Assembly: GCA_038330145.1 (NCBI GenBank)
Contig: JBBQNR010000002.1
Coordinates: forward strand, 16,542-80,541
From: Solirubrobacterales bacterium
Lineage (GTDB): Bacteria; Actinomycetota; Thermoleophilia; Solirubrobacterales; JBBDJG01
Direction of reading: 5' to 3'
Length of the DNA stretch: 64,000 nucleotides
Translations under genes and position numbers: made by a program
Shown here: in pieces, positions 37,773-49,421 of the stretch
How the letters are laid out: every line of letters begins with the position of its first letter
Numbering within the stretch: position 1 is the first letter of the stretch
Notes under the pieces: model-generated
The model's database searches: none
Told to the model about the DNA's origin: nothing
The model's input: only the letters and a program-made list of their open reading frames with translations

Positions 37773-39803
37773 GTGCCCCCGTTCAAGTTCAACCCCGCCT
37801 ATAAGCCCGTCGCGGACCAGCCCCAGGCGATCAGCCGGCTGGCCGAGGGCCTCGATCGTGGCGATCGCTTCCAGACGCTGCTGGGGGTGACCGGCTCCGG
37901 TAAGACGGCGACGATGGGCTTCACGATCGAGCAGATCCAGAAGCCGACGCTCGTGCTTGCCCACAACAAGACCCTGGCGGCCCAGCTCTGCAGCGAGTTC
38001 CGGGAGTTCTTTCCCGACAACGCCGTGGAGTACTTCGTCTCCTACTACGACTACTACCAGCCTGAGGCCTATGTCCCGCAGCAGGACCTCTACATAGAGA
38101 AGGACTCCTCGATCAACGACGAGATCGACCGCCTGCGCCACTCGGCCACGGCGGCCCTGTTCGCGCGCAGGGACGTCATCATCGTGGCCTCGGTCTCCTG
38201 CATCTACGGCATCGGCTCCCCCGACCTCTACAAGGAGAAAATGCTGTTGCTGAGGGTGGGGGACTGGGTCGATCGTGACGCCACGCTGCGCCAGCTTGTG
38301 TCGATGCAGTACAGCCGCAACGACCAGAACCTGACTCGCGGCACGTTCAGGGTGCGCGGAGAGGTTCTGGAGGTCCATCCCTCCTACGCCGACAGCGCCT
38401 ACCGCGTGCAGCTCTTCGGCGACGAGGTCGAGCGCATCCAGCACTTCGACCCGCTCACCGGCGAGATCCATCACGAGCTCAGCCACGTCGACGTCTGGCC
38501 CGCCACCCACTACGTGACCTCGCCCGACATCATCGAGCGCTCGCTGCACGAGATAAAGCACGAGATGGAGGAGCGCTGCGCCTGGCTCGAGGCCAACGGC
38601 AAGCCGCTCGAGTCGCACCGGCTGCGCCAGCGCACGCAGTACGACATGGAGATGCTGAAGGAGATGGGGTTCACCTCGGGGATCGAGAACTACTCGCGCA
38701 TCCTCGACGGCCGTCCCGCCGGCTCGCCGCCGCACACGCTGATCGATTACTTCCCCGACGACTTCGTCTGCTTCATCGACGAGTCGCATCAGACGGTTCC
38801 GCAGGTGGGCGGCATGTACGAGGGCGACCGCTCCCGCAAGCAGACGCTGATCGACTTCGGCTTCCGGCTGCCGTCGGCGCTCGACAACCGGCCGCTGCGC
38901 TTCGACGAGTTCCTCAAGCGCGTTCCTCAAATCGTGTTCGCCTCGGCGACGCCGGGGCCGTACGAGCGTGAGCACTCGGAGCAGGTCGTTGAGCAGATCG
39001 TGCGCCCGACGGGGATCGTCGACCCGGAGGTCGAGGTGCGCGAGACCAAGCACCAGATCGACGACCTCATGAACGAGATCCGCGTGCGGGCGGAGGCCGA
39101 CGAGCGCGTTCTGGTCACGACGCTGACCAAGAAGATGGCCGAAGACCTGACCGGCTATCTGCTCGAGTACGGCTTCCGGGTGCGCTACCTGCACTCGGAG
39201 ATCGACACGCTGGAGCGGATCCAGATCATTCGCGACCTGCGGCTGGGCGAGTACGACGTTCTGGTGGGTGTGAACCTGCTGCGGGAGGGCCTGGACCTGC
39301 CGGAGGTCTCACTGATCGGAATCCTCGACGCCGACAAGGAGGGCTTCCTACGCGGAGAGACCAGCCTGATCCAGACCATCGGCCGGGCCGCCCGCAACGT
39401 CAACGGCCGGGTGCTGATGTACGCCGACCGCGAGACGGCATCGATGCGGGCCGCGATCGGGGAGACGGATCGTCGCCGAACCATCCAGCTCGCCTACAAC
39501 GAGGAGCATGGCATCACGGCCGCGACGGTGAAGAAGGGCATATCCGACATGTCCGACTTCCTGTCGCTGGAGTCACAGGCCGTGCCGCGCTCGAAGAGGC
39601 GGCGCGCCGACCGCGACGAGGACGTGCGCACTCCCGAGGAGCTCGAGCGCCTGATCGTCGAGATCGAAGAGGAGATGCTCGCCGCCGCGGAGGACCTGCG
39701 CTTCGAGTACGCGGCGAAGCTGCGCGACGAGATCCGTGAGCTGCGCCGCGAGTACGAGCTGGCGGGCGGCAGCCGCACCGCCGGCGACACCAGCTCGACC
39801 TAG
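37773..39803 (+). CDS. uvrB: Excinuclease ABC subunit B
   Basis: The motifs [10 protein letters not shown], a helicase DExx block and a C-terminal UVR domain ([13 protein letters not shown]) are present. The start is GTG. Confidence 0.93.
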   Translation: MPPFKFNPAYKPVADQPQAISRLAEGLDRGDRFQTLLGVTGSGKTATMGFTIEQIQKPTLVLAHNKTLAAQLCSEFREFFPDNAVEYFVSYYDYYQPEAYVPQQDLYIEKDSSINDEIDRLRHSATAALFARRDVIIVASVSCIYGIGSPDLYKEKMLLLRVGDWVDRDATLRQLVSMQYSRNDQNLTRGTFRVRGEVLEVHPSYADSAYRVQLFGDEVERIQHFDPLTGEIHHELSHVDVWPATHYVTSPDIIERSLHEIKHEMEERCAWLEANGKPLESHRLRQRTQYDMEMLKEMGFTSGIENYSRILDGRPAGSPPHTLIDYFPDDFVCFIDESHQTVPQVGGMYEGDRSRKQTLIDFGFRLPSALDNRPLRFDEFLKRVPQIVFASATPGPYEREHSEQVVEQIVRPTGIVDPEVEVRETKHQIDDLMNEIRVRAEADERVLVTTLTKKMAEDLTGYLLEYGFRVRYLHSEIDTLERIQIIRDLRLGEYDVLVGVNLLREGLDLPEVSLIGILDADKEGFLRGETSLIQTIGRAARNVNGRVLMYADRETASMRAAIGETDRRRTIQLAYNEEHGITAATVKKGISDMSDFLSLESQAVPRSKRRRADRDEDVRTPEELERLIVEIEEEMLAAAEDLRFEYAAKLRDEIRELRREYELAGGSRTAGDTSST

Positions 39804-39968
39804 TGGCCCTTCTCAAAACGTTTCAGCGGGAACGGCGGCCTCCGGGGGCCGCCATGCGGCGTCCTCTGTCGACCCTGTACTGACCGGTACAGGGTCTCCC
39901 TGCGTCCTTGCCTGGCGGCCCCGGGCGCCTCGCCGTTGCCTGGCGAACGCTCCGAGAAGGCCCACCAG
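39801..39968 (+). repeat. Family A structured intergenic element, full copy 2 (uvrB / DUF2182 convergent spacer)
   Basis: It has the same architecture, running from TAGTGGCCC to GGCCCACCAG. Hairpins lie at 39834-39853 and 39871-39896, with compensatory changes relative to copies 1 and 3. Confidence 0.85.
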
Positions 39969-39980
39969 GAGCTCGAAGAT

Positions 39981-40757
39981 CTACGCCGGCAGGCCCGACC
40001 CCGCCAGCAGCACCACCGCGGCAAGCGCGAGCAGGGTCACGCCGACGACCGGCACGGCACGCCGGCCACCCCGGGCCGTCTTCTCGTAGACCATCAGGGC
40101 GGTCAGGGCCGCCATCCACCACAGGCTCGCGACGCCGGCGGCGAACATCACCAGCATCAGGGCCCAACAGCAGCCGAGGCAGTAGACGCCATGGCCACGG
40201 CCGAGCCGGAATGCCCCACCGGCGCCGCGCTCATAATGAGTCAACAGATAGGAGCCGGGGTGCCGGCACTGCTTCAAGCAGGCATCCTTGAGGCTCGAGA
40301 ACTGGAAGGCGCCTGCAAGCGCCAGCGCACCCCCCGCGATCAGCCACGGTCGCGCAGCCAGCCACGGCACGCTGTCGACGGTCGCGTGGATCCCGAGGTC
40401 ACCCATGAACGCCAGCGCGCCGAACGCGCTCCACACCAGCGCGTATCCGCCCAGGAAGGCTGCCATCGCTGCCCGCGGGCGAGGCTGGCGCTGCGACGCG
40501 ACCGCGAACAGGCGCACCAGCGGCAGCGACGACGGCAGCATCATGGCGGCGATCATCGACTGCCATGCGAGCAGGAACAGGATCAGCGCCAGCCCGTAGG
40601 GGAGGCCGGAGTGGATCAGGCGGTCGTGGTGGAGAGAGCCCGCCAGGCCGCCGGACTGCGCCGCGATCGCCAGCAGCCATGCCGCGGCTATGGCCAGCGG
40701 CACCGCGGCCGGGACGCCGCTCCAGCGAGTGCTCAGCGCTCGGGCGGCAGCGCTCAC
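39981..40757 (-). CDS. DUF2182-family integral membrane protein (predicted metal-binding)
   Basis: The 258-aa polytopic ORF is paired with DUF1326 upstream through a GTGA overlap. The family assignment rests on my recollection of this conserved pair. Confidence 0.6.
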   Translation of the reverse strand: MSAAARALSTRWSGVPAAVPLAIAAAWLLAIAAQSGGLAGSLHHDRLIHSGLPYGLALILFLLAWQSMIAAMMLPSSLPLVRLFAVASQRQPRPRAAMAAFLGGYALVWSAFGALAFMGDLGIHATVDSVPWLAARPWLIAGGALALAGAFQFSSLKDACLKQCRHPGSYLLTHYERGAGGAFRLGRGHGVYCLGCCWALMLVMFAAGVASLWWMAALTALMVYEKTARGGRRAVPVVGVTLLALAAVVLLAGSGLPA

Positions 40758-41383
40758 CCGGCGTGAACCATCTTCCAGTCGGCCTGGATCGCGTTCTTCT
40801 TCTCCCGCTCCCAGGTCATGCCGTACTTGGGCAGGTCGATCTTCTGGTGATCGGCGACCCCGACGTAGGCGGGTGAGCCAGGAACCGTGGAGAAGATCGA
40901 GTTCTGAAGCGTGGTCGTGGAGCCGTCGGGGCCGGTATAGGGGTGCATGTCCGCCGATATCGCGTCTCCGACCCTCAGCTTTCCGGCACCGTCGCTGATC
41001 TCGTGCGACATCGGTGCCCGCTCGACCGCGAGGCGCTCGCCCACGAGGCCGGCCAGGTCCGCCATCGGGCCGCCGAGCTCGCCCGTCATCATCGCCACGA
41101 TCGCGTCGAACTGCTCGTCGGTGGCCTTGTCGTCGACGAGCAGCACCTGCTTCCAGTTGCCCGCCAGCACGTTGCCCGGTATGTAGACGGCCGCCGCGAC
41201 CGCCAGGCCCGACACGTCGACCCCGCGGATCGTCCCCTTGTCGAAGGTGTACGCGACCACGCTCTCGCAGTCGCCGTTGTCCGGATCCTCACCGATCCAG
41301 CATGGACAGAGCACGTCGCAGGAGCAGACCTCCAGCAGCGTTCCCTCGAGGTCGTACCCGCTGCCCGTCGCCGTTGCTGCCAT
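40754..41383 (-). CDS. DUF1326-family Cys-rich protein
   Basis: The 209-aa ORF has the N-terminal motif [23 protein letters not shown]. Confidence 0.6.
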   Translation of the reverse strand: MAATATGSGYDLEGTLLEVCSCDVLCPCWIGEDPDNGDCESVVAYTFDKGTIRGVDVSGLAVAAAVYIPGNVLAGNWKQVLLVDDKATDEQFDAIVAMMTGELGGPMADLAGLVGERLAVERAPMSHEISDGAGKLRVGDAISADMHPYTGPDGSTTTLQNSIFSTVPGSPAYVGVADHQKIDLPKYGMTWEREKKNAIQADWKMVHAG

Positions 41384-41384
41384 C

Positions 41385-41425
41385 TTCCGCCTCCCTCACT
41401 CGTGGAATGGTCCTCTGAGGCGGAA
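41385..41425 (-). promoter_or_regulatory. 5'-UTR hairpin sequestering the Shine-Dalgarno of the DUF1326 gene
   Basis: On the minus strand, UUCCGCCUC is followed by 23 nt and then GAGGCGGAA-G-AUG. This is a perfect 9-bp stem whose 3' strand contains the GGAGG RBS. Confidence 0.5.
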
Positions 41426-41470
41426 ACCTACCGGCGGGAGGCCTCCGTATCCAGCCCCAAGCCGGGCTTT

Positions 41471-41512
41471 GGCAGCGGGGGTCCGGCAGCGGGGGTCCGG
41501 CAGCGGGGCTCC
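41471..41512. repeat. 14-bp tandem direct repeat x3 (GGCAGCGGGG[G/C]TCC) in the DUF1326 / uvrA divergent region
   Basis: The units are 41471-84, 41485-98 (identical to the first) and 41499-512 (one substitution). The repeat ends 21 nt before the uvrA -10 box. Confidence 0.8.
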
Positions 41513-41533
41513 GGGCACCCTCCGGGCCGTACA

Positions 41534-41539
41534 TACAAT
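41534..41539 (+). promoter_or_regulatory. -10 box of leaderless uvrA
   Basis: TACAAT is followed by 7 nt and then ATG 41547. Confidence 0.5.
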
Positions 41540-41546
41540 TGGATAC

Positions 41547-44489
<2,943 letters not shown>

Positions 44490-44499
44490 ACCCGCGCCC

Positions 44500-45375
44500 T
44501 TGAGACGACTGGGCGAGCTGGCGCTGGTCGCGGTCGCGGCCGTCTGGGGCCTGACGTTCGTGATGGTCCAGGACGCGATCGAGCATCTGGAGCCGATGGC
44601 GTTCCTGGCCTACCGCTTCCTGCCGGCGGCCGCGCTGGTGGCAATTGCTTTTTGGGGCCCGCTGCGCCGGCTCTCACGCGCGGGTTGGTTGTCAGGGCTT
44701 GCGATGGGCGTCTTCCTGACCGCCGGCTATGTCTTTCAGACCTACGGGCTGCAGCACACGACCGCGTCCAACGCCGGCTTCATCACCGGTTTGTTCGTAG
44801 TGCTGACGCCGCTGTTCGGGGCCCTTCTGTGGCGGCTCGATGTCGGTCGGACCACCTGGCTGGCGGCCGGCGTGTCGGCGGTCGGGCTGCTGCTGCTCTC
44901 CGGTGCCGGCGGCGACCTCAACCTGAAGGGCGACGGCGTGGTGTTTCTGTGCGCGTGCGCGTTCGCGGCTCACATCCTGGTGACGGCGAGGGCCGTCACG
45001 AACCACAACGTCGGTGCGCTGGTGGCAGTGCAGCTCGGGCTCTGTGGACTGTTCTGTCTCGTGGTGGCCGGCATCGCCGGCCAGCTCGAGGCTCCCCGCG
45101 GCTCCACCGTCTGGAGCGCCCTCGTCGTCACTTCGCTGATGGCGAGCGCACTGGGCTTCCTTGTCCAGAGCTACGCGCAGCAGCACGCCTCGCCGGCACG
45201 CACGGCGCTGATCCTGGCAGCCGAGCCGGCCTTCGCGGGCCTGTTCGGCTACCTGCTCCAGGACGAAAGGCTCTCGCTGCTCGCCTGGGCCGGCGCCGCG
45301 CTGATCATGGCGGCGATCGTGGCGGTTGACGTCGTGCCTCGCCTGCGGCCACCCCGGCCGCTGCCGGAGGGCTAG
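44500..45375 (+). CDS. EamA/DMT family transporter
   Basis: The 291-aa ORF has about 10 TM segments in a duplicated EamA pattern. Confidence 0.75.
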   Translation: MRRLGELALVAVAAVWGLTFVMVQDAIEHLEPMAFLAYRFLPAAALVAIAFWGPLRRLSRAGWLSGLAMGVFLTAGYVFQTYGLQHTTASNAGFITGLFVVLTPLFGALLWRLDVGRTTWLAAGVSAVGLLLLSGAGGDLNLKGDGVVFLCACAFAAHILVTARAVTNHNVGALVAVQLGLCGLFCLVVAGIAGQLEAPRGSTVWSALVVTSLMASALGFLVQSYAQQHASPARTALILAAEPAFAGLFGYLLQDERLSLLAWAGAALIMAAIVAVDVVPRLRPPRPLPEG

Positions 45376-45380
45376 CTCGA

Positions 45381-46202
45381 TCACTCCAGGATCCGCTTCG
45401 GGGGATCGGCGCCGAACCACCTGCGGTAGATCTCGGCGTAGGTCCCATCCTTCTTCAGCTTCCCGAGTGCCTCGTTCACGGCCCCTCGCAACGCGTCGCT
45501 GTGCTTGGCGAACGCGAAGCCGTACTGGTCCCCGGTCGGCATCACCTGCACGACGCTCAGCTGAGGACGCCGCTGCTGGGCATAGTTCAGGACCGCGAAG
45601 TCGTGGATGACGGCGTCGACCTGTCCTGCCTCCAGTGCCTGGTAAGCGTCGTCGATGAGGTCGAAGGTCCTCACCGTCTTCGCGTCCGTCTTGTCCCGTG
45701 CGTAGTCGGCGCCGCCGGTGCCGAGTTGTGCCGCGACCACCCGGCCCTTCAGGTCGTCGACTGATCCGATCGCGCTTCCTTTCCTCACCATCAGCGACTG
45801 GTCGGCGGGCAGGTACGGGTCAGAGAAGGCGACCGTGCCCTTGCGATCGGCTGTGATCGGAACAGCGGATGCGACCATGTCGAACCGGTCCTGCGCGAGC
45901 TGGCGCAGGCTCGCCTCGAAGGACGTCTTCACGGATCTGACGTCCAGTCCGAGCTGCTTGCCCAGCTGCCTCACAACGTCGACGTCGAAGCCGACGTAGC
46001 GGCCCCCGCGCCTGAACTCGAACGGCTCGTACGGAATCTCGGATCCGACCGTGAGGGTGCCGGCCCTGATCGTCTCGATCTTTCCCCTTTGCACAGGCTC
46101 CGGGGCCCGGTTGTCGTCGCAGCCGGAGATCCAAAGCGCTGCAAGGATCAGCGCAGCAGGTGCGAGCAGTCGTCGCGACGTCGGGCCGGGCATGGCGATC
46201 AT
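45381..46202 (-). CDS. Polar amino acid ABC transporter substrate-binding lipoprotein (family 3)
   Basis: It has a lipobox (ALWISGCD) and an SBP_bac_3-like pattern (TLTVGSEIPYEPFEF). Confidence 0.75.
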   Translation of the reverse strand: MIAMPGPTSRRLLAPAALILAALWISGCDDNRAPEPVQRGKIETIRAGTLTVGSEIPYEPFEFRRGGRYVGFDVDVVRQLGKQLGLDVRSVKTSFEASLRQLAQDRFDMVASAVPITADRKGTVAFSDPYLPADQSLMVRKGSAIGSVDDLKGRVVAAQLGTGGADYARDKTDAKTVRTFDLIDDAYQALEAGQVDAVIHDFAVLNYAQQRRPQLSVVQVMPTGDQYGFAFAKHSDALRGAVNEALGKLKKDGTYAEIYRRWFGADPPKRILE

Positions 46203-46274
46203 GGGTCTACGGTCGTCCTCTCACCGGCGCCCGACCATACATTCCGCCTGCGAACCGAGCGCGGGTCACTTGCG

Positions 46275-46280
46275 TAGACT
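46275..46280 (+). promoter_or_regulatory. -10 box of the leaderless speA-speB-acetyltransferase operon
   Basis: TAGACT is followed by 7 nt and then ATG 46288. Confidence 0.45.
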
Positions 46281-46287
46281 CGCCGCA

Positions 46288-47832
46288 ATGGCAGAGCCGA
46301 ACGCCGGCGCGCCGGGAACACGGGAATCCGCCGACCAGACGGAGGTCCCATACCTCGATGCGCTGCTGGCCTACGCGGCGCGCAACCCGGGAAGGTTCCA
46401 CGTCCCCGGACACAAGGGCGGCAGCGGCGCCGATCCAATGCTTCTCGACGCCATCGGCGCCAGGGCGCTCGCTCTGGACATTCCCGCCCTCACATACGGC
46501 ATCGACGCGGGACCGGCCCCGACCCCGTTCCAGCAGGCGCAGCATCTGGCTGCGGATGCATGGGGCGCTCGCCGCAGCTGGTTCCTGATCAACGGCGCAA
46601 GCCAGGGCAACCACGCCGCCTGCCTCACGCTCGCGCAGCGCGGAGACCGCGTCGTGGTACAGCGAAACGTCCACTCGAGCACGGTCGACGGGCTGATCCT
46701 GTCCGGCCTGCGGCCGACATTCGCGGCGCCCGAGCTGGACCCGGAGCTCTCGATCGCGCATTGCCTGGAGCCCGAGTCCCTCGACCGTGCGCTCGATGCC
46801 ACGGAGGGCGCCGCGGGTGCGGTGGTCGTGTCGCCGACCTACTTCGGAGCCGCCGCCGACGTGCGTGGTCTCGCGGCGGTGGCGCACCGGCACGATGTGC
46901 CTCTCGTCGTCGACGAGGCATGGGGAGCCCACCTGCACTTCCACGACGAACTGCCGGAGGACGCGCTCGCAGCCGGCGCCGATCTCGTCATCTCGAGCAC
47001 GCACAAGATCGTCGGCAGCCTGACGCAGTCCGCGATGCTGCATCTGTCCCATGGATCGCTCGGTCTCGTGGACGAGCAGGTCGTCGACCGCGCGGTCACG
47101 CTGGTGGAGTCCACCAGCCCCAGCGCGCTGCTCTCCGGCTCACTGGACGCCGCCCGGCGCCACGCGGTGCTGCACGGAAAGGACCTCGTCGGCGAGACGA
47201 TCACGGCGCTGCGCGACGTGCGCGATCAGATCCGCTCGATCCCCGGGCTGGACGTGCTCGACGAGCGGCTGGTGGGGCGGCCGGGTGTGCACGGGTACGA
47301 CCCGCTGCGGCTGGCCGTCGACGTGCGGGGCACAGGCCTGAGCGGCTTCGAGATCGCGCGCATCCTGCGCGAGCAGGACGACGTCAACTTCGAGCTCGCC
47401 GCCGAGGCCGTCGTCGTCGCGGTGTTCGGGATGGGCGAGCCGGCGGCTGAGCACGGCCGGCGCCTGGTGAGGGCCTTCGAGGTGGCGGTGGAGAGCCTGG
47501 GGGATCGGCAACCCGGTCACCGCGCCGCCTTCGCGCCGCCGCCGCCCTGGGGTCCGCTCGAGATGACCCCTCGCGAGGCGTTTCTCGGCCGCCAGGAGGC
47601 CGTCCCGATAGCGCAGGCCGTGGGACGTATTGCGAGCGAGTCGCTGGCGGCCTATCCACCTGGGATACCCAACGTGCTGCCCGGCGAACGGCTGACGGCT
47701 GAGACGCTGGAGTACATCCGTGAGACGCTGCGACTGGGGGGAACACTGCGCGGAGCGAGCGACAGGACCCTGACCACGGCCCGAGTGGCGGTCGAAGGGA
47801 GCGACCAGCAGGTGGAGGAACGCCCAGCGTGA
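46288..47832 (+). CDS. speA: Orn/Lys/Arg decarboxylase family PLP enzyme, probably arginine decarboxylase (Bacillus SpeA type)
   Basis: The N-terminus is PYLDALLAYAARNPGRFHVPGHKGG, and the STHK lysine motif is present. Agmatinase lies immediately downstream. Confidence 0.7.
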   Translation: MAEPNAGAPGTRESADQTEVPYLDALLAYAARNPGRFHVPGHKGGSGADPMLLDAIGARALALDIPALTYGIDAGPAPTPFQQAQHLAADAWGARRSWFLINGASQGNHAACLTLAQRGDRVVVQRNVHSSTVDGLILSGLRPTFAAPELDPELSIAHCLEPESLDRALDATEGAAGAVVVSPTYFGAAADVRGLAAVAHRHDVPLVVDEAWGAHLHFHDELPEDALAAGADLVISSTHKIVGSLTQSAMLHLSHGSLGLVDEQVVDRAVTLVESTSPSALLSGSLDAARRHAVLHGKDLVGETITALRDVRDQIRSIPGLDVLDERLVGRPGVHGYDPLRLAVDVRGTGLSGFEIARILREQDDVNFELAAEAVVVAVFGMGEPAAEHGRRLVRAFEVAVESLGDRQPGHRAAFAPPPPWGPLEMTPREAFLGRQEAVPIAQAVGRIASESLAAYPPGIPNVLPGERLTAETLEYIRETLRLGGTLRGASDRTLTTARVAVEGSDQQVEERPA

Positions 47833-48785
47833 GTGAAAACCCGCGTTATGGCCCCGAGGACGCCTCGAGAGCGCCGCGCTACACCAGCATGCGCACCTTT
47901 GCCCGCTGTCCCCACGTCACCGACCCGGAGGGGGTGGACGTCGCCGTTGTCGGCATCCCCTTCGACACCGCGACCAGCTATCGCTCGGGCGCCCGCTTCG
48001 GTCCCGATGCGATCCGGGGCGCGTCAGCATTGCTGCGCCCCTACCACCCGCAGCTCGACGTCGACGTCTTCGAGCGGCTGTCGGTGGTGGACTGGGGCAG
48101 CCTCGACATCACGCCCGGCAATGCAGAGCGGTCGCTGGATCAGATCGCCGCCGCCCTCGGGCCGATGATCGAGGCGGGCGTGACGCCGCTCGCCCTCGGT
48201 GGCGACCACTCGATCGTGCTCGGCGAGCTGCGCGCCCAGCGGGCCATCCACGGCCCGGTGGCGCTCGTGCTACTGGATGCACACGCCGACACCTGGGACC
48301 GCTACTACGGCGAGCGTTACTTCCACGGCACCCCCTTCCGTCGCGCGGTCGAGGAGGGCCTTCTGCTGCCGGAGCGCTCGATCATGGCGGGCATGCGCGG
48401 GTCGCTGTACTCGGCCGGCGACCTCGCGGCGGCTCGTGACCTCGGCTTCGAGCTGGTGTCGGGCGATGAGCTGCGGCGCATGGCGCCGCAGAAGTACGGC
48501 GCGCGCGTGCGCGAGCGTGTCGGCGACGCGCCCGCGTTCTTCAGCTTCGACGTCGACGTGATCGACCCCGCCTTCGCGCCCGGCACGGGCACCCCCGAGG
48601 TCGCCGGCCTCAGCTCGCACGAGGCGCTTGCCCTGATCCGTTCGCTGGCGGGCATGCGATTCACCGGCTTCGACGTGGTGGAGGTCTCGCCTCCGTACGA
48701 CGATCGGGGCGAGACGACCGCGCTGCTGGCCGCCAACGTCGCGTATGAGTTCCTGGCGCTGCTCGCGTTCAGCCGCCGCGGATGA
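47829..48785 (+). CDS. speB: Agmatinase (ureohydrolase family)
   Basis: Mn-binding blocks are present (LGGDHS, LDAHADT, SFDVDVIDP). The GTG start overlaps the upstream stop. Confidence 0.85.
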   Translation: MSENPRYGPEDASRAPRYTSMRTFARCPHVTDPEGVDVAVVGIPFDTATSYRSGARFGPDAIRGASALLRPYHPQLDVDVFERLSVVDWGSLDITPGNAERSLDQIAAALGPMIEAGVTPLALGGDHSIVLGELRAQRAIHGPVALVLLDAHADTWDRYYGERYFHGTPFRRAVEEGLLLPERSIMAGMRGSLYSAGDLAAARDLGFELVSGDELRRMAPQKYGARVRERVGDAPAFFSFDVDVIDPAFAPGTGTPEVAGLSSHEALALIRSLAGMRFTGFDVVEVSPPYDDRGETTALLAANVAYEFLALLAFSRRG

Positions 48786-49405
48786 GCCGGCCGCTGAACC
48801 GGCAGGCGAGGCTCTACCTGCAGAAGCGCCGCTACTACGAGCGTAACTCGCGCCTTGCGCGCAGACTGAGGCTGCACTGGCACTTCCTGCGGCGCGACTC
48901 CTACCTGCGACTGCCGGTGCACGGGAACCTGCTGGAGGCGCTCGACGAGGGCCGCGCAGAGGTCGGTCCTCACGTGCTGATCGAGCCCGGCTGCTGGTTC
49001 GCTCTCTATCCGGAGACGGCGCGGCTGGAAATCGGCGAGGGCTCGATCCTCAACCTGGGCTGCATGGTCGCCCCGACGCTGCGGATCACGATCGGCAAGC
49101 ACTGCATGTTCGCCAACTACTGCTTCGTGGCCGACGCCGAGCACCGCTACGACGACCCGGAGCTTCCGGTCACCTGGCAGGGGATGCAGACGAAGGGCAC
49201 GGTGACGATCGGCGACAACTGCTGGTTCGGCACCAACTGCGTAGTGACCGGAGGCGTCACGATCGGCGAGCGCACGGTCGTGGGAGCGAACTCGGTCGTG
49301 ACGCGAGACCTGCCCTCGGGCGTCGTCGCAGCCGGTGCGCCGGCGAGGGTGATTCGCGAGATCGAATTCAGGAAGCGAGACGGCGACGGCATGAGGACCC
49401 GATAG
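48782..49405 (+). CDS. Left-handed beta-helix (hexapeptide-repeat) acetyltransferase
   Basis: Hexapeptide repeats are present (IGDNCWFGTNCVVTGGVTIGERTVVGANSVV). The start overlaps the speB stop (ATGA). Confidence 0.75.
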   Translation: MSRPLNRQARLYLQKRRYYERNSRLARRLRLHWHFLRRDSYLRLPVHGNLLEALDEGRAEVGPHVLIEPGCWFALYPETARLEIGEGSILNLGCMVAPTLRITIGKHCMFANYCFVADAEHRYDDPELPVTWQGMQTKGTVTIGDNCWFGTNCVVTGGVTIGERTVVGANSVVTRDLPSGVVAAGAPARVIREIEFRKRDGDGMRTR

Positions 49406-49421
49406 GGGCCCTGCTCAGGGT

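Noticed and set aside
37700-41546. I looked for LexA/SOS boxes (TCGAAC-N4-GTTCGA or GAAC-N4-GTTC) near uvrB, uvrA and polA.
   Set aside because: None were found. The GAACGTTC strings inside family A have no spacer and are part of the element arms.
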